Shown here: one piece after another, positions 25,446 through 38,149 of the stretch | Layout: each line of letters begins with the position of its first letter | How positions within the stretch are numbered: the stretch's first letter is position 1 | Assembly (NCBI RefSeq): GCF_009914755.1 | Contig: NC_060926.1 | Length of the DNA: 64,000 nt | Reading direction: 5' to 3' (one strand) | Source of the DNA: the human T2T-CHM13v2.0 reference genome, Homo sapiens | Made by a program: the position numbers and the translations under genes | Notes under the pieces: generated by a model | Told to the model about the DNA's origin: nothing | Seen by the model: only the letters and a program-made list of their open reading frames with translations | Databases searched by the model: none

Positions 25446-27329
25446 GATGATTCCAGATGTGAACTCACTTTAGTTACTCATAAAGGATGTGTCTTCTCTT
25501 TCCAAAGGTAGGTAGTATAATTATTCAAAGTGTATCTCGTTAGTAATAAAAAAAATCACTTTATGTGTATGTGTCTATACATGTACACACCACCATAATA
25601 GCCAAAACAAACAAAAGCGTATGCATGTTTCTTCATTCATATGCAAAGATACTGAAAGTATAGTTCCCTAAAAACACCCAATGACTAAGGAATAACATTT
25701 AGTATTCAATGAAATGGTGCCAAAATTACACGGTTCTTCCTTGATAACTTCGTACTTGTTCTTCCTATTATTACCTGACCCGTACAGTGTTTCCTGAAAC
25801 CCAAGCTGAGAAGTTACGCCTTTCTCTTAAAATGTCACAGTAAACCAATGGCTCAGCCAGAACTGAACCCAAGATTCTTCTGAGGCCAAAGCTATTTCTA
25901 TCAGACCATGTTCTTGCTATGCTACTTGTTATAAAATTGTTAAGAGACTGCTAAATTAAATGACATAAAAACAGTTACATGAAGAGTTATAATGAAGAGA
26001 TAGTTCACAAAATAAATAATAAACTTCCCATCCAGAAAAAGAAAACACTATAATCTAACAAAAGCAGGAGGACTTCCTAATTTTCACTCCAACCTTCCTT
26101 TTCTGTAACCTTCTTGATTATAAAGGAGGTTAGCTATTTTTCAGATACATAAAGGCAAATGCCTAATATTTCTGTACTAGGCAATAGAAAGGAAGCTCTG
26201 TAAAATGAGGGGATTATCCCAAATAAAGTCTAAGGTAATTTTCAATTGAAAGAAAAGTTTGCTATAAGTAGAACTCAATCACTTCCAATGTCCCATCTTA
26301 TTTTTTTTTTATCTTAATTCAGAGAAAGAGAAAATAACTCCAAAATCAGAAGTAAATGCCCACCTGGCTTCCAGCTGTCTTTACCTATAGGTCAGTATCA
26401 TTAACCTTTTGCTGCGCTTCACCATAATCCTTGACAGTGTACATTTTAAATGTCAATTTTTTCCTAGAGTAACAGACTTCCAAACTGCACCACCTCTATA
26501 GGTAAAACAGATGGCAAACAGCCTTTCCCTTTCCTTGTGAAAAAAAATTCTTCTAAACTCCTCTCACTTTAGGCACTATAACATCCAGTGAAAAACAGAT
26601 TGAGGTTACCACGCAATCTTGAGTTTCCAAGGGAGAGAACTTCACATCTTTCTAAATTTTAGAACTACACACCAATAGACCAAATCTCGTTTGCCAAGGT
26701 ACTACATTCAATATATGTAAAATATCCCTCCTCTTTTTATGAGATTCCATAAACCTCCACAGAAATGTGACTATTGCCTTTTCTACACATTCCCTTGATC
26801 CCAAATATCTAGTCCTTTTGCAAACAAACTACAAGCTGATAAAGAGTAATTTACCTTTCATACATATGAGATATCTTAAAAATAAAGGCTGAGTCTGACA
26901 CTAACCAAGAACTATGATTGCATTATCCTAGGTATCAATAACTGATGCAAGCAAAATGTGATTTCATATTCTACGTTGTACATGAACTGCCATTCACTTG
27001 ATTGGAACCTGATGCTCAATATATTCTACAAACAAAAATATTTGTGTATAATCAATGCCAGGTAACAGAAATGTATTCTAACAACTTCAGAAAGGAAAAC
27101 CAGTTAAGCTAGTGAAAACAAAGAGAAAAACGACTTTTTTAGAAAAAAATAAATAAATTTTTCAAAGGTGACCAAAGAAAAGAACAAGAGATTTCATTTT
27201 GCACTTTCACCATTAGAAGCCTATCAGGAAGAGCATGTAGAAAGTTTTAACGAATTCAGACATAAGGCCCAGAGCTTAGGACATCTGTTCACATACTGGC
27301 TCGGCTGCCTTCATTAGGAGCAGGTTTAC

Positions 27330-27441
27330 CTCAGTAAGCCCAATATTCTTCCTTTTAATTACATTCTGCAGAGAGTTGCTCAGAGTCCTGGTTAGCAACA
27401 GGTTTGTTGATTTCCGAATCATGTCATCAACTTCAGTTGAG
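27330..27441 (-). CDS. EXOC6B: EXOC6B coding exon (probably exon 16), 112 nt: (S)STEVDDMIRKSTNLLLTRTLSNSLQNVIKRKNIGLTE
   Basis: Acceptor gcttctttttcag|C and donor GAG|gtaaac. Confidence 0.96.
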
Positions 27442-30038
27442 CTGAAAAAGAAGCATTAAGAGTCAGTCATAGCAGGTAGCAGAATTATTTCGGCAAACAA
27501 ACGGTGCCAGTGGTATTCGTGGTAATAATAATAAAATAATAATAGCAGCAGCAAATAATACTTATTGTAAGTCAGAAAAAGTACTATAATAAACTCTCCT
27601 AGCTTTTGTTGGCTGAAAAAAAAATAGTTTGCCTTCATTTTTGAAAATTGTTTTTCTGTCTATAGAATTCTGGCTGTTTTTTTTTCTTTATTTCTTTGAG
27701 TACTTTAAGGATGTCACTCCATTTTCTCTGGCTTGCATAGTTTCAGAAAAGAAGTCTATTATAATTCTTATCATTATACTATCATGTAATTTTTATTTTT
27801 GGGAATGCCTTCTAAACATTCTCTTTACCTTTCATTTTCACCAGTTTGAATATGATGTCTTTAAATATTTTTGTTTGTTTCTTGTTGTTGCTATTATTTA
27901 TCTGAATTAGGGTTCTCAAAATCTTGAATTTCTTGTTTGATGCCTTTCATTATTTTTTTGAATACTCTCAGCCACTTTAATTTAAAGTATTTCCTCTTCC
28001 CAGTTATCTCAGTCTTCTACTTTAATCTACCATTTGAAAATGCCCTACAGATCTTGGGCACTTTGTTCTATTTCTTTCACCTTTTCTTCTGGGTTCTATA
28101 TTGTCATGCTAGCTCACAGTACACTGTTAACAATACATTAAGACTTTAGTTGATTTTGTCTTTCTCACATGAATGGTAGTTACACCTTTCCTATTCTGCC
28201 ACAGGTGCAGGAGTCTGTCCCCTTAGAGGGACCAGTCCCATCATGGTTTTCGGACTACTTAGTTTCCTGCTGACTTCGCCTCTCTGATGAGTTCCAAAAA
28301 AGTTTTAATTTTGTACCTTCTCTGTTTTTCTCCCCCCCCCCCCCCGCATTTTTACATAGGAAGCAATATTCTTTCCAGTCTTCTATACTGTAGACAGAAA
28401 CAGAAGTATTTTGCAGTAATTTGCTTTAAAAAAATGCTGTTTGTGCATGTATTCACATGCAAGCAAGATTAAAAGAAAAAAAAAACCATATCAGAAGTGT
28501 TATTACTATGTGGTAGAGTTTTGGGTCATTTACATTGTCCCTCTTTGCGCTGTTCTTTATCGCCTGAATTCTTTAAAAACATTTAATTTTATTAATATAA
28601 TGTGAAACAGGATCTCTCGCGTATGTATGTGGGTGTGTATATATTCTATTTTTTTAAGATGAGTATGAATGCTAGAAGAGTATTTTACCATAGAAATGCC
28701 ATGTGTTTGCTATTTTAAAAAAATCTTTCTTTCAAAAAGAAAGTTTTACGTATTCAGAATTCATGCAATTACAAATTTTGTCAATATGTATAATGCTTTT
28801 TGGCCTCTTCTGTCTAGTGTAAAAGAGAAAACTAAGAGAATAATTATTCTTAAAGCTGCATTAAAATCTGAATGCAGCGGTTTCTCTTGTTTTGAGAGCC
28901 TGCATGTAAAAGAAATAATGGTTTTTATACAAATTGTCTCATGTTCCATGTTAGCCTCCAAAACAGATATGACTGACAAAGCAATCTCTGTCACTCCAAG
29001 TTATAAGGTAAACATATTCCAGGATATAAGATAAATGCCAAATGAAGAGTAAAAGGCATCTAGCTTTTTCTAAAATCCCCAAGTTAAATATTTTATTTAA
29101 ATATTAAATGTGAAAAGTATCAAAGGAAGTTTTCAGGCAAAAACTTCACATATTCAGGCAAGAAAAAGGCATCTGACATTATCCCATTACTAATATTATT
29201 CCTTTACCATATTACCTTTCTTCCAAAAGAAGATAGAAAAAGTAATTTTGCAATCAACTTGTAATGATTTATCTACAATAATATACCTAACATACCCTAC
29301 AGACAATTATCTGATATAAGGTCACTTATATTAATGAAGTGGAGGCCAGGCAGGTGGGGGATGGAAACCCAGGGTAAAAAAGTTTTGGTTTGTAACTTCA
29401 AAAGACAATCTATTTTCAAGAGAACATTTCTATGAAAACAATTTCATTTTCAGAGAAAATGACAAATTAATTGTACAAACCCCATGTTTCATTTATTTTC
29501 TTAGTAAGAATAGTTAACAAAGAAGTGACTCAAACTATTCCCCAACTATGTTTATTTTCAGAGTAGCCTGGCATACCATGCTTTCCATTCATTTCATACA
29601 TACACTCATTAAAAAAAATTTTCCGAGCTGGGTACAGGGGATATTGTGTTGAACAAAGATAAAATGTTTCCACCCTACAAAAGGATGGAACACAAACATC
29701 CTCATTTGTGTTTGGCTTGGCTTGTATGTTGCTCCAGCACTTATTAATTGTTCAGCTTCTTAATTAGACTAGGTACTCCTTGAAGACAGGGACCACATTT
29801 TCAGCAACTTAATTATTTCTATACCAAGCAGCATCTGACAAATAATACATTAGCCAAAATCTACGGTGAATAAACCAATACATGAATAAAGAAACAAAGG
29901 AGCCTACACTCTAGCACGTATAGAAAATATACATATACAAGTAGAGCAATAGTGTTTCCAAAGGATTTTATCTGATACTCCCCTTTTGGCCTTAACATTT
30001 CATTAAGTAGAATGTCAAAATCAGTATTTTTTGTCTAT

Positions 30039-30178
<140 letters not shown>

Positions 30179-30440
30179 TAGTAAACTGTCATTAATAAGT
30201 GTTGAAATGCAAATCTATAAAGAATAAGATAGATAATATAAATTTTCAAAATTATGCAAAAGTTACCAATCTTCTCTTTCATCGTGACTATAGAAATACA
30301 GCAGTGCCATGCAGTGAAAAGCTAATTATTAAGATTTCCAAAATCCGGGCTGACGGGACTATCAAAAGTTTTTCAGAATATGTAAATACATGGAGTCACA
30401 ATCTTAGCATTGGTTACATTTCTACTATTTTGTATTATAC

Positions 30441-30550
30441 CTTAGATGAAGATCTTCTGAAAACTTCAGACAAGCGTAGATAAATTCTTTAATTTGGTTG
30501 TAAACTTTTGGCACAAATTCAGAGAAAGGAAACTTTTTTGGAAATGGTTG
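30441..30550 (-). CDS. EXOC6B: EXOC6B coding exon (probably exon 15), 110 nt: QPFPKKFPFSEFVPKVYNQIKEFIYACLKFSEDLHL(S)
   Basis: Acceptor cttgcatttacag|CAA and donor AAG|gtataa. Confidence 0.95.
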
Positions 30551-31464
30551 CTGTAAATGCAAGAAGTAATGAAATCAAGTCACAAACCAACGAAGATTGA
30601 AGATATTTATAAATTATTTAGGTTGCAAAAAGAACATTCTTTCACATTGTGAATTGTCTCCTTAACAAACTCAAATATAAGAAAATATCTCCCAAAGTTT
30701 TCTGATATTAAAAAGACATAAATTTAAATAAAACAATAATTCAAATGTCCTTCATCATGGAAAGAGATAAACAAATTGTGTTACATACTCAGCAATAAAA
30801 ATGAATGAACAATGATACATGCAACAATTTGGACGAATCTCAAAAGCATTATGTTATATCAAAGAAGTAAGTCTCAAGAAGTTATATACTACACAATTCC
30901 ATTTATATGGCATTCTGAAAAAGGCAAAAGTAGATGCACAGAGCCCAGGTTTCTGCTGTCCTGGGGCTGGGTTAAGGGAGGGGTATTACAAAGGGGCATC
31001 ATTAAATAATTTTTTTTTTATAATAGAGCTATTTGGTATCAACATTGTGGTAATGGATACATAACTCAATACATTGTCAAAATCAGCAGAATTGTACACC
31101 ACAAAGTGTAAATTTTATGTTGTGGGGAAAAAATGTCTTTAAATTTTAATAAAAACAAGTATTTCAAAGTGTAAACTGAATTAGAACATCCGCAGCAATC
31201 CTCCAAACACTTCAGAGGTAATAGGATCCAAAGCCATCTGCTGATTCCCAAATCAGGAAATTCTGGTCTTCCCCAAAAAGAATCCTTCATCGTCAGAAAG
31301 GTGATTAAAGTGAAAAAAAGAAAAAGAAAAAAGAATCCTTTGAAATTGTTTTAGAGTTCTAACCCATTGAGTTAAAGGTAATGCTTTCAATCAAACTGAT
31401 CCAATGAAAGCTTTTAAGAGGATGCCAAAACAACCAGAGAAATTTATTTTAAAGTATTCCTTAC

Positions 31465-31570
31465 CTTTTCCAGTTCTATATCTTGAAATGGGAATTGTCC
31501 TACCACCTTTTTGTACATCTCTTCACTTGTTACTGGTATAGGACTGTAGTTGTCAGAATCAAGTATGTTT
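31465..31570 (-). CDS. EXOC6B: EXOC6B coding exon (probably exon 14), 106 nt: (R)NILDSDNYSPIPVTSEEMYKKVVGQFPFQDIELEK
   Basis: Acceptor ccttccatttatag|A and donor AAG|gtaagg; overlaps ORF 31444..31701. Confidence 0.95.
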
Positions 31571-31958
31571 CTATAAATGGAAGGATAGACAAAGGGAAGG
31601 GAAGGATAGACAAAGTGGGGGGGTAGGGGAGGGGAACAGAGGGAAGGTGGGTTAATCACAAATATTTTTCTGATGAACTCCAATCTTAATATATATGCCA
31701 CAACCCAAAATGAACATTTCCCAGTCCCTATTATATTCCTTCCACAATATAGCTATTTGGTTTTGGATTTAAAGAAGACAAAAAGAAAACTATCCTCTGA
31801 AACAAATGGACCACAATTATAAACATATCTCTTAGGAACTGAGATTTACAAATAGGACAGAACATTTCAATGTAAGTGAGAAGTAAACAACAAAAGAATG
31901 TGTGCTCTAGAAAAGGCAAAGATATTTTCTGTTTGGTTTAATATGATATATAAATGTA

Positions 31959-32277
<319 letters not shown>

Positions 32278-33458
32278 CATTGATAAGGTTTTTAAAATCA
32301 TGTTCTATTCTAACTTTCAAAATTGGCAAACAGAGTAACTTCAATAATAAATTCAAACTATTTTCATTTACTTTACCTACTGCTCTATATCAAGGATGAC
32401 TTTTTTTAAATCGATAGGTTCTCTCTCCTTAAATAAACTGGGCATTCTCTAATAGTAGGGAACATACTACCAAAATCAAAACAGAAGACTCACTGAAGGC
32501 GTCAGATCAGAGCATCTAAGACTATGGATATATCATGTTATTAATTTTCAAATATCCTATAGAGATAAGACTCCCTTAAATACAATTATACCATTAGCTA
32601 AATCTAGGTTTTAGAAATATAAATATTTATATTAATATACAGATAAATTGGACTAAGTGATGATCAGAGATATGTTCATAAACGAGAAGAGTAAGAGTAA
32701 AGGACTAATGTAAGATCTTGAAGCTATAAGAGTTTGAAAAGAGGACAAACTGATCAGGGAAAGGGGTCTTGCAATAGGCAGCATAATCACTTAAAGTAAA
32801 GGAGTAAAGGTATAAAAAGAGAAGAAAGTCAAATGAGTTGACCTGGATTATGTGCCAAGAGCACAGTTCGAGAAGACATCTGTGAGTGATAGATGTGACA
32901 GAATAACTTTCTTATTATTGTATGCATGTTGCAATAACTACTTAAATAACAGGCTTCAAACACTGGGCTGTAATATGCCCCTTTGCTGTGTGTGGAGAGG
33001 GAAGATGATGAGGAACAACATGAGTGAGTCATCCAAACAGATTTTCCGAAAGCCTAAATTATTCCTAAGTGCTCAAATGTTACTCACTATAATTGAGTTG
33101 TAGACTAGGCATGAACCTCAAAATGAAAACCAAATAACAGAATAAGATGACACCAAGATGATCTGAATGACATGAACCAAGGAATCTGATATTTATCGAA
33201 GGAAACAAAAAGGCAAAATAGGGTTTGGGGACTTCCCACTACAGTAGACACTAATACACTGAGACTGGATATCTTGGGAACTTAATTTTGGACGTTCTAA
33301 CAGTTTATTTGAATTCTGGATCATAACCTAGAGTAGCTACAAAATATAAGTAACATATACTTGTTGCCTATAACATCTGAAAACCTTTGCGCATAAATAC
33401 ATGTGTGTACACTAATGTACATGAACACACACACATATGACTATAGATAATTTCTCAC

Positions 33459-33556
33459 CTGAAAATACCTGCCCACTTCTTTAGCAGAGTTTCACTATAT
33501 TGGTCTCTGATTTCTAACAGCATGTCAAAAAGCTGATTTACAGGGAAACCATACAC
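33459..33556 (-). CDS. EXOC6B: EXOC6B coding exon (probably exon 13), 98 nt: VYGFPVNQLFDMLLEIRDQYSETLLKKWAGIF(R)
   Basis: Acceptor ttattttgtttcag|GTG and donor CAG|gtgaga. Confidence 0.95.
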
Positions 33557-34208
33557 CTGAAACAAAATAAGAAAATCACTTCAGTGTCTAAGGAAGGAGT
33601 TTTTTTTTCGGTTTTTTTTTTTTTTGGCAAAATGAGAGGGATAAGATACTGAAAAACATTACATTCTTTGAACAGCAAATTAAATAAAACCATTTAGTAG
33701 AATCTTTCATTCACACCTAATATCTAGCATTTATCTCTCAAAAATTAAATAATACCTAGCAAAATGTTTAAGCCAGTGAGAAAAAGATGAAAATTAAAAT
33801 CTATATATAAAGGGTATACTATAGGATAAGTCCTCCCTACATCCCTTCCTATAAGTCCTACTACCTATAGTAAGCGTTCACAGAAGGGAGAGAAAGTAAA
33901 AATGCTTCGAATCTCATCCACTTCTAATGCTATTCTATTAGATATAATATGTGGTTCAAATCAACCACCATTATTCAAGATGGTAGTTAAAGAAACTGCA
34001 AACTAACTCAGCTGCCATATATGAATTAAGAACATTTTGAAAAACTAATGTAGTCAGTAGTTCAATTAATTGATTTGATGTGAGAGAAAAAAAGGAGGTG
34101 GAAACTACATATGAAAACATAATGGCTCAGGGTAAAGTTCAGGAAATGCTATAAAAGAGATAAAAAGACCTAGTTCCTAGGAAAATAATAAACCCAACTT
34201 AAAACTAA

Positions 34209-34838
<630 letters not shown>

Positions 34839-34906
34839 CAAGAAAAAGGTTTAGAGCTGATTATAATACCAATCTAGATGAGCATATGTAAACAGAAATC
34901 ACATAC

Positions 34907-34978
34907 CTGAAGTGTGTCAGCAAAAAGCACAATGAGGTTCTTCAAATCTAACACAAGGTTTGGATCAGAACAGTAAGA
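34907..34978 (-). CDS. EXOC6B: EXOC6B coding exon (probably exon 12), 72 nt, phase 0-0: SYCSDPNLVLDLKNLIVLFADTLQ
   Basis: Acceptor ttttatttactttag|TCT and donor CAG|gtatgt. Confidence 0.95.
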
Positions 34979-36157
34979 CTAAAGTAAATAAAAGACAAAG
35001 GAGGAAAAACATGTTATTAGTAAAAATGCAATTAAATTTTTATTTATTTAATTGTTTAGCGCTTTATCTGGCAAATTCTTTACCTGGTAAATTCTTTCCC
35101 TAGAAATAATTCAACACTTCCCTGGTACAAGGTAACACCAGGTTCAGCCAGGGAACAGCTGAGTACAGCAAGTTCAATAACCATGATCTATATTTTTAAC
35201 ACTTGGGAATTTAAAAATGCACTTCTAAATAACTCTTTGGTTAAAGAAGAAAACAAAATTGACACTTTTAAAAATGAACAACTATAAAATACTTCATATC
35301 AAAAACTATGGTATGTGGCTAAAACCATTTTCAAAATAAATTTGTATTTCTTTATGTAAACATCACAAAACACAAAAGATTGAAAATAAACAAACTAAGC
35401 ACTGAACTGATGAAACTATGGGGGAAAGCCAATGAACCATAAGTAAATGAGAGAATAAAATTAATTAAATTAAAAACAGAACCTAATGAAATTAAAAAAG
35501 ATATGGAAGATTTGATTAAATAAACCAAAGACCAAGTTAAAAATAAAATCAATTAAATAAACAAATCTTAGACAAAATTGATTAAACAATAAAGAGAAAA
35601 TAAAAAACATGAGAAATACAAAAGAGAAAATAAGTACAGAGGAAAATAAAAATTACAAATAATGTCCATGTATAACCTCATATCAACAAATCAGAAAAGT
35701 TAACTGACATGGAAAATAATTTCTGTGGGCAGGATACAAAGATGTGTATGTCATTATTGTAAAAATTCATTGATTTTGAGATTCAAATTCTTTAATTATA
35801 ATTTTTGTTACTTGCTCTCTCATTGGTCTCTCAAGTCCTGAAAGAGGTGTTTTGAATTCTCCCACAATTATGCAGCTTGTCCGTTTCTCTTCATATTACT
35901 AACAGTTTTTGTTTTATACATATTGATGCTTCCTTATAAAAGGGCTATTACCTTTTCATTAGATTAAAACTAGTATCGATACCAAATATCCATCTCCTAT
36001 CCCATTTTAAGATCTTCAACTTCATTTCTATTTTCCTTGTAGAATACCACCACTTCCGCTTCCCCTTCTTTATTTTCAATCTTTTCAGCTAATCTTAATA
36101 TATGAATATCTCCTATAAACATAGTATAAAACTTTTTAATGCTTTGTCATTTCCTAG

Positions 36158-36543
36158 TGATATGGTTTGGATATTTGTCCCCTCCAAATCTTACATTAAA
36201 ATGTGATCTCCAGTGTCAAAGGTAGCACCTAGTGGGAGGTGTTTGGATCTCTCATGAGTAGCCCAGTGCCCTCCCCTGAGGTAATGAGTTCATATGGGAG
36301 CTAGTTGTTTAAAGAGCCTGGCAAACCCACCCCTTGCCCTTGCTCCCTCTCTCACAATGTGACACACTAACTCCCCTTTGCCTTTTACCATGACTGTAAG
36401 CTTCCTGAGGTCCTCACCAGAAGCAGATGCTGGCACTATACTTCATGTACAGCCTGCAGAACCTTGGGCAAAATAAACCTCTTTTCTTTACAAATTACCC
36501 AGTCTCAAGTATTACTTTATAGCAACACAAATGGATTGATAAA
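36158..36543 (+). mobile_element. MSTB-type MaLR solo LTR
   Basis: Starts tgatatggtttggatatttgtcccctccaaatct; ends tagcaacacaaatggattgataaa; 5-bp TSD cctag/cctgg. Confidence 0.88.
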
Positions 36544-36769
36544 CCTGGGATTACTGACATTTACGAACCTAGTAGTCAAGCCACTTTTCGATATGCTTTT
36601 TAAAATTTCCACTAGTGTTTTTATTGGGTCAGCTCTTTTTAATTATCTTTTCATGGTTAATAAATTATATCCTTTTTGCCCATTATTTACTTGAAGTAAA
36701 ATTTTGAGTCTTCATTAAAAAAACAACAACAACCAAAAAAAAAACCAAAACAAAACAGAAAAAAAACAC

Positions 36770-37066
36770 TTTTTTTTTTTTCCCACAGGGTTTCACTCTG
36801 TCACCCAGCCTGGAGTGCAGTGGCAGGATCATAGCTCACTGCAGCCTTGACCCCCTGGGTTCAAGCAATCTTCCCACCTCAGTACCCCCAAGTAGCTGGG
36901 GCTATAGGCACAAGCCACCACACCTGGTTAATGTTTTTTTATTTTTTGTAGAGATGGGGTTTCATTATGTTGCCCATGCTGGTCTCAAACTACTGGGCTC
37001 AAGCAATCTGCCTGCCTTGGCCTCCCAAAGTACTGAAATTACAGGCATGAGCCACCACACTTGGCC
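36770..37066 (-). mobile_element. AluJ
   Basis: Reverse Alu with J-type diagnostics. Confidence 0.92.
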
Positions 37067-37269
37067 TAAAAAAACTCTTAAACATGATGTCTCTCCTTTT
37101 GTAGGAATTAATAGCATTAATTACAAATAATAATATGTCATTTAGATTTATCTATGAATTGTACTAATTTTTGGCATACATTTTATTTAATCCTATCTCA
37201 TCTGATATTTTGGATTTTGTTTTTATTTTTTGAAGAATAAGAAGTTCTAGAAGATAGGATGGGTAAAGA

Positions 37270-37573
37270 GGCTGGGCGTGGTGGCTCACGCCTGTAATCC
37301 TGGCTCTTTGGGAGACCAAGGCCAGCAGATCACCTGAGGTCAGAAACTCTGGGCCAGCCTGGCCATTACGACAAAACCTTATCCCCACTAAAAATACAAA
37401 ACTTAGCTGAGCATGGTGGCGCATGCCTATGGTCCCAGCTACTCATGAGGCTGAGGCACGAGAATTGCTTGAACCCGGGAGGCAGAGGTTGCAGTGAGCA
37501 GAGATTGCACCACTGCACCCCACCCCGGGCAACAAAGTGAGACTATATATCAAAAATATAAATAAAAATAAAT
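37270..37573 (+). mobile_element. Alu (AluS-type)
   Basis: TSD aggatgggtaaaga at 37256-37269 and 37576-37589. Confidence 0.95.
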
Positions 37574-38149
37574 ACAGGATGGGTAAAGAGTAAACTTTGA
37601 ATCCTCACATATTTAAAAATGCCTTTATTTTGCCCTCTAACTAAAATACAAAATTTCCAATATAAAAAATTGTCTCCCGCCATTTACCCTGTTTGACACT
37701 CAATGTATCCTTCCAACTTTAAGAATCTGCTCTTTTTTCACTACACTGGAATTTCCCCTTCTTTTATTTTATTACTACAGTCCCTTCTTTCGTCACTGTC
37801 TTTCCTTTCTAAATCTCTATTAGATACAACCAAAAGTCTACACCAACTATTCTTGTTTCTTAACTTTCCTTTCCTATTTTCTGTCTCTGTGTCTTTGCTC
37901 TCTGTATTTTGGGGTCAGCATTTGACTTTATCTTCTTGATCAGCATCATATACAGTCTCATCTATTTAATCTCTGAATTAAATATCTCAATTCTTATCAT
38001 CATAAACTTCTAAGAAGCCAATTTTTACTTTGGATTCATACCATCCTTTGGCTTGCTTCCATCATTTTTCCCCTGTTATAATAACTTGGATATCTTAAGG
38101 AATCTCTCACTTGTTCTTGGCTTTGGTACTAGTTTGAAATATTATATAA

